Below, piece after piece: positions 49,653 to 58,232 of a stretch of 64,000 bases of DNA. Numbering within the stretch: position 1 is the stretch's first letter; each line of letters begins with the position of its first letter. The notes beneath the pieces are model-generated. The model was not told the origin of the DNA and did not search any database. It saw only the letters and a program-made list of their open reading frames with translations. Source of the DNA: Candidatus Omnitrophota bacterium (lineage in GTDB: Bacteria; Omnitrophota; Gorgyraeia; Zapsychrales; Fredricksoniimonadaceae); assembly GCA_903944345.1 (NCBI GenBank), contig CAJARJ010000018.1, forward strand, positions 45,933 to 109,932. The letters are read 5' to 3'. The position numbers and the translations under genes are program-made.

Positions 49653-51188
49653 TCAGACCGCTCCGGCATTCCCTGTTACAATATATTCGACCGGATTGTA
49701 ACTGTCCGTGAAAACTGGACTCCCTTCCAGACTATAATCTTGCGGCGGCACCCGGGTAGCAAGCAATGCCTGAAGGCCGCCGGGGGGTTCTATGCGGAGA
49801 AAATCATCATAAGTTCCCATGCGCATACCAGCCACAATAATAATATTCTGCAAATCCCCGGGATTCTGTCGATTGGTGGCGTAAACATCAACTCGCCCGA
49901 AAACCTCAGACAGAGTTCGGGTTATGGCGCGAAAGAATCGCGCTCTGTCTCCTTCAATGGCACTAATAATATTCATCATGTAAATACCATCCGGAGTCAA
50001 TCTCTGGCGTACCAGATCAAAAAACTCTTTTGTGACCAGATGAAACGGAACATTGTGCTTGCCATGGAAAACATCTCCAAAAACAAGATCATACTGGCCG
50101 TTATCTGAACGCAAATAGCGCCGCGCATCTTCTGCAGCAATCTTCATATGCGGATAGTCCCCGGTACGAAAAAAAATCTTGCCTGCTTCGATCACCTGCG
50201 GATCAATCTCGCAGACCTCCACTTGGGCACCGGGATAAGCCCGGCTCAACGCCTGCGGCATGGTAAAAGCGCCTCCACCAAGAAAAAGTGCCCTTTGCAT
50301 CCGCGGACAATAAAGCCGACTCAATTCCCAGTACCGGTTATACACCAGCGGACTTTCGGGCGAATGCTCGAAGCGCGCCCCCGCTGTAGAATTATCCGTA
50401 TTAATTGTCGTCACAAAATCTCCATTAGCCAGTTCCGGCCCCCGGAACACAACTATGCGGTGAAAGAATGTGATCTTGTGAAAGAGAATATGCCACGGCA
50501 TTGGCGGATTTTTCCTGGCAACCCATCCTGCCAGGAGCAAGGCAAGAAATATAACCGCCACAGGCACCGCCAGGTTCAGTGGTTTTCTAAGAGCGACTCC
50601 ATAAACCGCTGCTGCCATGCACGCCAGGACAATCCCGCTTCCCAAAAAGATCGTCCACAAATCAAAACGTGGAATAAGCAGAAAGCCGGTGGCAAAAGTC
50701 CCGGCGACACTCCCCAGCATGGAAAGCGTACCCACTATCCCGGATGATATTCCAACATGCCGATCCGCGGACAATAAACTGACCAGGCGCACACAAAAAG
50801 GAGGCACCGCACCGAGAAGAAAGCCAGGCAAAGCAAAAAACATACCTGCCGCCACAGCAGGACCCCAAACAGCACTGGTTCCAGACAAAAAAAGATCAGC
50901 AGAAAGATGCAAAAAAGGAACTATCAGAACAAAAACAGCCGCCAACCCAAGAATATGCCCCAGCAAAACAGGGGTGGGCTTGCGGTCAACCAGCCATCCA
51001 CCGTAACAATAACCTGCACTCATCGCAGTCAGAATGACTCCGATCAGTCCGGTCCAGGTATAGAGACTATTGCCAAAAACAGGAGCCAGAATGCGGTTAC
51101 CCGTCAACTCAATGACCATAACAATCGCCCCAGAGAAAAAGGCAATCACAGACAATAAAAGAGCTTCCGTCCAGGCTGAACTTTTCAT
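49653..51188 (-). CDS. Membrane-fused spermidine-synthase-like protein (third paralog; N-terminal about 7-TM + PABS-like domain)
   Basis: ALFLGGGAFTMP...VEVCEID...YDLVFGDVF...HLVTKEFF is a diverged aminopropyltransferase-like domain following a polytopic TM domain. Confidence 0.55.
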   Translation of the reverse strand: MKSSAWTEALLLSVIAFFSGAIVMVIELTGNRILAPVFGNSLYTWTGLIGVILTAMSAGYCYGGWLVDRKPTPVLLGHILGLAAVFVLIVPFLHLSADLFLSGTSAVWGPAVAAGMFFALPGFLLGAVPPFCVRLVSLLSADRHVGISSGIVGTLSMLGSVAGTFATGFLLIPRFDLWTIFLGSGIVLACMAAAVYGVALRKPLNLAVPVAVIFLALLLAGWVARKNPPMPWHILFHKITFFHRIVVFRGPELANGDFVTTINTDNSTAGARFEHSPESPLVYNRYWELSRLYCPRMQRALFLGGGAFTMPQALSRAYPGAQVEVCEIDPQVIEAGKIFFRTGDYPHMKIAAEDARRYLRSDNGQYDLVFGDVFHGKHNVPFHLVTKEFFDLVRQRLTPDGIYMMNIISAIEGDRARFFRAITRTLSEVFGRVDVYATNRQNPGDLQNIIIVAGMRMGTYDDFLRIEPPGGLQALLATRVPPQDYSLEGSPVFTDSYNPVEYIVTGNAGAV

Positions 51189-51369
51189 TAAACCCCTTTG
51201 TTCAAGATTAAAACAAGCTGCCTGATTTTACCTCACATGCTCGGGCTTGACCACGCATTTCCCCGGAAATATCCCTCAAGACAACAAGTTTCAAACAAAA
51301 CTTCAACACAACGTTCTTTCATGATATTCTCGGACTTATTACTAACAACCAAATCAAAATCAAGCCGCC

Positions 51370-52806
51370 ATGCTTTTTAACTCCACACAATTTTTTCTTT
51401 TCATTCTTATTGTCTACGGACTTTACCTCATCTTGTCCCATCGTTGGCAAAACAGAATGCTCCTGGCCGCCAGTTGCATCTTTTATGGCGCATGGGATGT
51501 CCGTTTCTTGCTGCTCATGTTTATTTCCATAACCGCAGACTATCTGTGCGGCCCCCGAATCTATTACGCCAAAGACAGGCAAACCGCAAAACTCTTTCTT
51601 TCTATCGCTCTCACTGTTAATCTGGTTATCCTTCTTTTTTTCAAATACTGCAATTTTTTTGTCTCCAATCTCACTTCTCTCCTGAGCTATTGCGGCCTGA
51701 CAGTTAACCCCTACACCCTCGACATTGTGCTCCCGATCGGAATCTCCTTTTACACGTTCCAGGCCATGAGCTATTCGTTCGACCTCTACCGCAGGGAAGT
51801 CATCCCTCCCGCCAGATATCTGGACTACGCTCTTTTTGTCACCTATTTTCCTCAACTCGTAGCCGGCCCGATCATGAAAGCCAGGGATCTGCTGCCACAG
51901 GTACTCAAAGAAAGAACTGTCACTGTAGAAAAATTTAAAGAAGGGTGTTTCTGGATTCTCTGGGGCTTTTTCCAAAAAGTCTATGTTGCCGACAATCTGG
52001 CCGGAATTGTAGAACCCGTCTTTTCTGCCACCAGCCCCCGGGACGGACTGACGGTGCTGCTGGCCGTATACGCTTTCGCCTTCCAGATTTATTGTGATTT
52101 CGCCGGTTACTCGAACATTGCCAAAGGCCTGGGAAAAATCATGGGCTTTGATATTATCACCAACTTTAACTTGCCCTATTTTGCCACCAATCCTGTCGAG
52201 TTCTGGAAAAGATGGCACATCAGCCTGTCTTCCTGGCTACGCGATTATTTATATATTCCCCTGGGAGGGAACCGTCAGGGACGCCTGCGTATGTTTCGCA
52301 ACCTGGGGCTAACCATGCTGATCGGGGGGTTGTGGCACGGAGCGTCGTGGACCTTTGTTTTATGGGGAGCCTACCAGGGGGCGCTGCTGATTGCCTACCG
52401 CGCCGGAGAACCGCTCTGGCATAAATTCCGTTCACTAACCGGAAGACTCTCCCTGCCTTCAGGCCTGCTTTATGCAGCCAAGCTGTTTTTCTTTTTCCAC
52501 CTGATCTGCCTGGGTTGGCTCGTGTTCCGGGCTCAATCCTTTGAACAAATTTTTGTTATGCTAAGAAGTATTCTAACCGGATTTCTGCCTGTCAATCAAC
52601 AAGCTGCATGGCAAACAGCCGCAGCCATTTTGCAGTTTACGTGGTTCCTGGTGCTTATCGAAATCATGCAGTATCATCTTGATGACCTGAAATTCATTCT
52701 GCGGCAAAGCCCTCTGGTCAAGGCAGGCTTTAGTTACATATGTTTTCTCCTGCTCATTTTCTACGGAGCAGAAGGAACCCGGCAATTTATTTATTTTCAG
52801 TTCTAG
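51370..52806 (+). CDS. MBOAT-family membrane-bound O-acyltransferase (AlgI/DltB-like)
   Basis: 478 aa, about 10 TM helices, with the MBOAT conserved His region ([23 protein letters not shown]...GGLWHGASW). Confidence 0.85.
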   Translation: [478 protein letters not shown]

Positions 52807-52812
52807 AAAACC

Positions 52813-53757
52813 ATGAAGAACCTCGCCAAATCCTTTCTGATCTATGTTTTCCCGATCCTGCTTCTGGTGCTCTGGATTGAAACGGGGTTGCTTGCGGTCC
52901 GAAACAGCTATTCCCAAAAAAAAATCCTTCTTGAGCAGCATCTGGCGGAACATGAAGTCCTCATCCTGGGCAACTCTCTGCCCTGGCACGGAATCAACCC
53001 GGGCCTGATCAGTGCCCGGGCATTCAATCTCTCTATGGTCAGCCAGTCTCTTTTCTACGATCTGCAGTTTATTGCCCGGTATACCCCGCGAATGCCCGCG
53101 CTCAAGGCAGTGGTTCTTTGTGTAGATTATACGTCTCTTGAAGACGATATAAACCTCTCTCCCGAGTACTGGCGGAGCTTCTTTTACGAACGTTTCTTCG
53201 GATTTCCACTGGAGTCCGAAAAGTTCGCCTGGGACATCATGCGCTTTAGTTTAATCAAGCTTTATGGCGGCGACGAAACACTTCGCCTGGCCAGAAATCT
53301 TTTCCGGGACCATCTTGACTATGAGCAGCTGGAAAACGGCTTCGCCCCCAGGATCAATCCGGGATATCTCACCAATGAATCCGAGGCCCGCAAACGCGTA
53401 AACTTCCTGCACACCTGCATGAACTCGTCTGCTATCCCACGCAACAGCGCCCACCTCCGGGAGATCATAAGGCTGCTGCGCGCCAAAGGAGTCATTCCCG
53501 TGTTAGTTTCATTGCCGGTCTCTTCGGGGTATACCCTTGCGCTCGATCAGAAGAAACTTCAAAAGATGCAGGAAACCATTCAAACAATTGCCACCGAATC
53601 AGGAATTAGCTATCACAATTACATGTTCGATCAACGCTTTGCTACAGAAGACTTTTTTGATGCAGACCACCTGGCGGTGAATGGCGCCATACACTTTACC
53701 AATATCCTGAATCTGGAAGTCATTAAACCCCTGCTGAAGACAACTAACCCGGATTAG
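52813..53757 (+). CDS. DltD/AlgJ-like periplasmic partner of the MBOAT acyltransferase (SGNH-like)
   Basis: N-terminal TM anchor. Immediately downstream of the MBOAT gene (6-nt gap). Size and position match DltD/AlgJ/AlgX-type partners. Confidence 0.55.
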   Translation: MKNLAKSFLIYVFPILLLVLWIETGLLAVRNSYSQKKILLEQHLAEHEVLILGNSLPWHGINPGLISARAFNLSMVSQSLFYDLQFIARYTPRMPALKAVVLCVDYTSLEDDINLSPEYWRSFFYERFFGFPLESEKFAWDIMRFSLIKLYGGDETLRLARNLFRDHLDYEQLENGFAPRINPGYLTNESEARKRVNFLHTCMNSSAIPRNSAHLREIIRLLRAKGVIPVLVSLPVSSGYTLALDQKKLQKMQETIQTIATESGISYHNYMFDQRFATEDFFDADHLAVNGAIHFTNILNLEVIKPLLKTTNPD

Positions 53758-53945
53758 ATCCCTTCTCCTTCCTGCACCATCCAGATATCATCAAACCGAC
53801 TCTTCTTCGAAATTTCAATCTGAACTATCTTCGAATTATGAACAGTGATCATCACTGTCCCGAAATTTAATCCATGAATAGACTCGCTTATATCTTTAAT
53901 AATCGCATCATTAATAATATTTCTGCCTGGTTGCTGAATGCTCAT
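53754..53945 (-). CDS. Small DUF2292 (YezD-like) protein
   Basis: GTVMITVHNSKIVQIEISKKSRF resembles the DUF2292 core (...IQDGRVVQIEKTEK.R). Start taken at ATG 53945 (MSIQQPG). A sigma70-like promoter sits upstream (-35 TTGACA, rc of 54099-54104; -10 TATATT, rc of 54077-54082). Confidence 0.4.
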   Translation of the reverse strand: MSIQQPGRNIINDAIIKDISESIHGLNFGTVMITVHNSKIVQIEISKKSRFDDIWMVQEGEGI

Positions 53946-54232
53946 TTCTCTACCCTCCTTTGGGGATTTTTTCCACAAACTTGACCGATCTTCAAACAAC
54001 CCTGTCGCCTTAATGCCACCAAGGATACCGTAAGGCCACAAACCTAAAACGCTATTAACTCTATCGAGTTAGTAGGAATATAGCATGCGAATAAAAACTG
54101 TCAAGAAGATTATATCCAGCCTTCTTGGAAACTTGCACAACCGACACAAACCTGCCCCCTCTTTTGAAGGGGCAGGACAAGCATTCAGCTTGTAATAATA
54201 TCTTCTCTGTTTAAAGGTAACCATCCGAAGTC

Positions 54233-54931
54233 TTAAAGATACAAGCCTGTCCGCCGGATAAATTCGCCTCCCAGCGCCTGCACAAGATCCTGACGAAACT
54301 TGCCAAGAATTTCATCCCGCGCTCCATAATTAAACGAAGGATATCCACCGGAAGCCGACTGGTCGGCACTGACAAAAAAAATAACACTGCCAGAATCCGC
54401 ATCAACCAGGGCCCCTACAGCTTTGCCGTCAGCAAAAACCGTATTACTATCAATCAAGAACCCGCCAATAATAGTCAGATCCAGAATCTGCAGCGCATTA
54501 TTCTTCTGACCAATATCGGCTGATCCCCCAAAAAGAAACACGTAGTCTGCCCCTTGGCTTCTGGCCAGAGATAGCATGCTGGCGACCTTCTTCTGCACAT
54601 AAGCCTCAATATCACTGCGCTTGTCCGCGCCCGATACTTGCAAGCCTGCAGCCGGTAAAGGAATTAAATCTGTAATCGGCAAATCTGACTCTCTGATAGC
54701 ACGCAGCATGGCCGGATGCGGCGACTGCTCACCCACCTGAACAACCGCAAGCCGAAAAGGTTCTTTAAGACGCGTAAGCCTGGGGGACGCTGCCTGATTT
54801 GATAAACCGTATATGAGATTTGAATAATTATTCTCTCCTTGTTCCCGCAGAGACAAACCTGTCGTTTCACAGCCGGCCAATCCAAAAGAAACCAGAACCA
54901 ATCCAACCAAAACAAGCGCCTTGATCTGCAT
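54233..54931 (-). CDS. Lipoprotein of unknown function
   Basis: Lipobox SFGLAGC. 232 aa with no enzymatic motifs. Weak resemblance to LpoB-type folds (ADYVFLFGGSAD). Confidence 0.45.
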   Translation of the reverse strand: MQIKALVLVGLVLVSFGLAGCETTGLSLREQGENNYSNLIYGLSNQAASPRLTRLKEPFRLAVVQVGEQSPHPAMLRAIRESDLPITDLIPLPAAGLQVSGADKRSDIEAYVQKKVASMLSLARSQGADYVFLFGGSADIGQKNNALQILDLTIIGGFLIDSNTVFADGKAVGALVDADSGSVIFFVSADQSASGGYPSFNYGARDEILGKFRQDLVQALGGEFIRRTGLYL

Positions 54932-54943
54932 ACCCGTCTCCCT

Positions 54944-55033
54944 TGCTTTATAGTTGATATGTCAACTATATGGTTAAAAAAAATGCGCCCCGATCTATTT
55001 CAAGAATAGCAGCATTTAGTTGATAAGTCAACC
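54944..55033. promoter_or_regulatory. Two copies of a palindromic operator-like motif upstream of the lipoprotein gene
   Basis: TAGTTGATATGTCAACTA (54946-54963) and TAGTTGATAAGTCAACCA (55015-55032); each is an imperfect inverted repeat AGTTGA-N4-TCAACT. The second overlaps a candidate minus-strand promoter (-35 TTGACT, 17 nt, -10 TATTCT). Confidence 0.3.
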
Positions 55034-55064
55034 ATTTTTACTTCTACAGCAATTCCCAAATAGA

Positions 55065-56069
55065 CTATTCCCGCGGGTGTTTTAGAAAAAACTCCCACAT
55101 CTCATCCGTGGCTGAAATATCTTCTGTCACCTCGCCCACAATGCGCCTGTACCAGAGGGCATCAGACTCCCTTCTGCCACCCGGCCAGGTATGCCCACCT
55201 GTCTCGACGGAGCACAATGTCACCTCAGCCCCCTGGCGACAAGAATGATGGGTTCGGCACTCGACGTTTCCCCTCTGAAAAGTCACATAGGATTTCAGTT
55301 CACAGGCATTATTGGCTACCCAGCTTGACACAACTTCTTCAACTGGCATCAGATCATCCATAAGTCGAATCCTCACAGGCACCGAAACATCACTATGGCC
55401 GCCAGCAAACGATATCATTTTATCTTGCTTTCCGTGGAAATGCATAATCGGCACCGGTTTTGACGGATGACAAGCCTTCAGGATCATGGTAGTCGCCACC
55501 GGAGCCGCAGCTGCAATTCTATCACTTAATTCACAGGCAACCCGGTACGCCATTGCTCCACCATTAGATATCCCGGTCACATAAACACGATCCCGATCAA
55601 TATTGTAATTGTCCTGCAATGCATCAAGCATTTTCCGAATAAAGCCAATGTCATCCGCAAAAGACGCGTCCCGGGCATTATTTTCCCTGGGGCCAAGATT
55701 CCACTTGTTTTTAGGCGCAACAGCTCGCGGATAAACCGCTATGAACCCGGATGAATCAGCCTTATGGTTCATACCGCTAGCGAGCTGAATATCCGCAGGC
55801 GTTCCCCCTCCTCCATGAAAAACAATAACCACTGGGGCGGACCGATTCGGAGTTACTGAACGCGGGACATGAACCTGATAAGTGCGTTCCAACCGACCGT
55901 GACGAAGGGAGTGTTCAAAGTTTTCTCCGTTCTTTACTGTCGGTTTATCCAACGGGGCAGCCAAGGATGGCAAAGAAAACAGAACCAGCGAAAAACACAC
56001 AACAGCCAGACAACAAAAGAAAGAAGAAAAACCCGCTCTGTTGAAATTCTGCCTTCGCCTGTTTTTCAT
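55065..56069 (-). CDS. Secreted alpha/beta-hydrolase, PHB-depolymerase-family esterase
   Basis: VIVFHGGGGTPADIQ...YVTGISNGGAMAYRVACE (GxSxG nucleophile elbow), typical of the esterase_phb/LpqC family. Start refined to ATG 56069 (signal peptide FFCCLAVVCFSLVLFSLPSLAA). Confidence 0.65.
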   Translation of the reverse strand: MKNRRRQNFNRAGFSSFFCCLAVVCFSLVLFSLPSLAAPLDKPTVKNGENFEHSLRHGRLERTYQVHVPRSVTPNRSAPVVIVFHGGGGTPADIQLASGMNHKADSSGFIAVYPRAVAPKNKWNLGPRENNARDASFADDIGFIRKMLDALQDNYNIDRDRVYVTGISNGGAMAYRVACELSDRIAAAAPVATTMILKACHPSKPVPIMHFHGKQDKMISFAGGHSDVSVPVRIRLMDDLMPVEEVVSSWVANNACELKSYVTFQRGNVECRTHHSCRQGAEVTLCSVETGGHTWPGGRRESDALWYRRIVGEVTEDISATDEMWEFFLKHPRE

Positions 56070-56254
56070 ATTCCTCTCTTCTTGCTGCCACTGCCCCAGA
56101 CTTTCCCGGTATTGATCAGTATGTTGATTAAGGACACCGGACTGTTTATCGACATTCTTTACGTAGTGCGCAGACAAAGCTTAAACCATAGAACACGTTG
56201 CGAAAGAATATAAAGTTACCTGATAAAACTATTTTGTGTGTCCCTATTTATAGA

Positions 56255-56596
56255 TCAACCGATGGACTGCGGCCCTTCTTCACCTGTTCGTATGCGGATA
56301 CAACGCTGCAGCTCTGTCACAAAGATTTTGCCGTCACCGATCTTTCCGGTTCGCGCCCCCTTGATGATAGCGGCAATCGCGCGATCAACAAAGGGCTCAT
56401 TAACAGCAATATCCACGCGAATCTTGCGCAAAAGATTCCCTGTTTCCTTGACCCCCCGATAAAATTCGTCAACCCCCAACTGACGGCCGTGCCCCAGCGC
56501 TTCGGAAACAGTAATAAGGTTGATCTCGGCAGCATACAACTCGCGTTTGACTTCTTCCAGACGATGCGGCTGAATAATAGCAGTGACAAGTTTCAT
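56255..56596 (-). CDS. glnK: Nitrogen regulatory protein P-II (GlnK-like) with an atypical T-loop
   Basis: 113 aa. B- and C-loop motifs conserved (TGKIGDGKIFV, RIRTGEEG). T-loop reads RQLGVDEFYRGVKETGNLL, so Tyr46 is present but Tyr51 is replaced by Thr. Confidence 0.85.
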   Translation of the reverse strand: MKLVTAIIQPHRLEEVKRELYAAEINLITVSEALGHGRQLGVDEFYRGVKETGNLLRKIRVDIAVNEPFVDRAIAAIIKGARTGKIGDGKIFVTELQRCIRIRTGEEGPQSIG

Positions 56597-56610
56597 GATA
56601 TCCTCCCTTG

Positions 56611-57849
56611 TTATTCCAGCATGGTGTAAGCCCGTTCATAATGCTGGGTAATGTCCAGCCCCATGATCTCTTCTTCAGCGCTGACCCGAAGGCCAAGCCA
56701 TTTATCCACCACAACAGCAATCACAAAAGTAACTGCAGCACAATAGGCCACCGTGACCAGCGCTGCAACAAATTCTGTGCGCAAAAAAACCGGGTTGCCT
56801 GCCAGAAGCCCATCCGTTCCGGCCGCGTTAACCGAGACCGTACCAAAAATACCAGTAGCAACCATTCCCCAGAATCCGCCGATGCCATGCACTCCGAACG
56901 CGTCCAGGGAATCATCATAGCCCAGCTTCTGCTTTATGACACTGACCGCAAAAAAACTTAACCCGCCAGCCACCAGTCCGATGCAAATAGCCGCCATGGG
57001 TGCGACAAAGCCGCAGGCGGGGGTAATGGCCACCAGCCCGGCGACAACACCGGAAACCGTGCCGAACATAGTAGGTTTACCCGTCACGAGCCATTCAACC
57101 GCCGCCCAACTGCAGGCGGCAGCTGCCGCCGAAAGATTGGTGGTTACAAACGCGTTGACCGCGACACCATTGGCCGCCAGCGCGGAGCCGGCGTTAAACC
57201 CGAGCCAGCCAAACCACAAAAGCCCGCCGCCCAGAACAACAAGCGGAAGATTATGAAGTGTCGGACGGGTCAATCCCTGACGCTTGCCCAGAACGAGTGC
57301 CGTTACCAGTCCGGCTACGCCGCAATTGATCTCGACAACACAGCCACCGGCGAAATCCAGGGCTCCCAGCCCGCGCAGCCAGCCGTCCGGAGACCATACC
57401 ATATGCGCAACAGGGATATATACAGATGTCACCCACAATGCTACAAAAACCAGAAAAGAAGAAAATTTGATACGCTCGACCAGTGATCCGATCACAACAG
57501 CCGGTGTTATGACCGCAAACATCGCCTGGAAGATCATGAACGCGGCATGAGGAATCGTCGAGGAATAGTCCGGATTAGGTGCCGCACCCACTCCCCGCAG
57601 CCCAACCCACTCCAGGCTTCCGATAAAACCGTTACCATGACCAAACGCCAGCGAATAGCCATACAGCGCCCACAAAATCAGCACCATGCCCAGACAGGCA
57701 AAACACTTCATCAAAATGGAAAGGATGTTCTTGCGGCGAACCATGCCCCCGTAAAAGAAAGCCAGTGCCGGCGTCATAAGCATGACCAGACCGGCGGAGA
57801 TCATAACCCAGGCCGTGTCCCCGGCGTTAATTCCCTGTTCAGCGCCCAT
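56611..57849 (-). CDS. amtB: Ammonium transporter AmtB
   Basis: 412 aa with 11 TM helices. Amt/MEP signatures (DFAGGCVVEINCGVAGL, twin-His region). Confidence 0.9.
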   Translation of the reverse strand: MGAEQGINAGDTAWVMISAGLVMLMTPALAFFYGGMVRRKNILSILMKCFACLGMVLILWALYGYSLAFGHGNGFIGSLEWVGLRGVGAAPNPDYSSTIPHAAFMIFQAMFAVITPAVVIGSLVERIKFSSFLVFVALWVTSVYIPVAHMVWSPDGWLRGLGALDFAGGCVVEINCGVAGLVTALVLGKRQGLTRPTLHNLPLVVLGGGLLWFGWLGFNAGSALAANGVAVNAFVTTNLSAAAAACSWAAVEWLVTGKPTMFGTVSGVVAGLVAITPACGFVAPMAAICIGLVAGGLSFFAVSVIKQKLGYDDSLDAFGVHGIGGFWGMVATGIFGTVSVNAAGTDGLLAGNPVFLRTEFVAALVTVAYCAAVTFVIAVVVDKWLGLRVSAEEEIMGLDITQHYERAYTMLE

Positions 57850-58232
57850 AATCCAGATCCTCCTTCGGATGAACGATTAAAAAACAAAAAGCCCGGCCCC
57901 CCGACAGAGTCGGGGAACCAGGCGCCATTGCCCGGAATAATATACTTCAATGCATGACCTGACGGGCTACGCTGTCCGCGCAGGGCAGGTCATAATAGCT
58001 TTCGAAAAATGGAATGTCAAGACTGCCTGCCCGAAAGAAACTAACCGGATATCGAACCGAATATATACACAATCCGCCTCCCTCCAGCAAGACCTTAACC
58101 CCGTCTAATACCACATTAGGACTCTGATTTGCATACCAAAACATTATGTGCTATCTTCTGCCGTATATCACGTCTTATCTATTGGTTGCTTTGATATTGT
58201 CTCTGTCTGATATTAAGAAAACTCGAAAAACT

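Noticed and set aside
57850-58232. Search for a sigma54 (-24 GG / -12 GC) promoter upstream of amtB, as expected for NtrC-controlled amtB-glnK
   Set aside because: Candidate GG...GC pairs have wrong spacing (GG-N7-GC, GG-N12-GC); nothing matches TGGCAC-N5-TTGC. A TGGCACCGCTTGCC at about 49583-49596 also has a 3-nt instead of 5-nt spacer.
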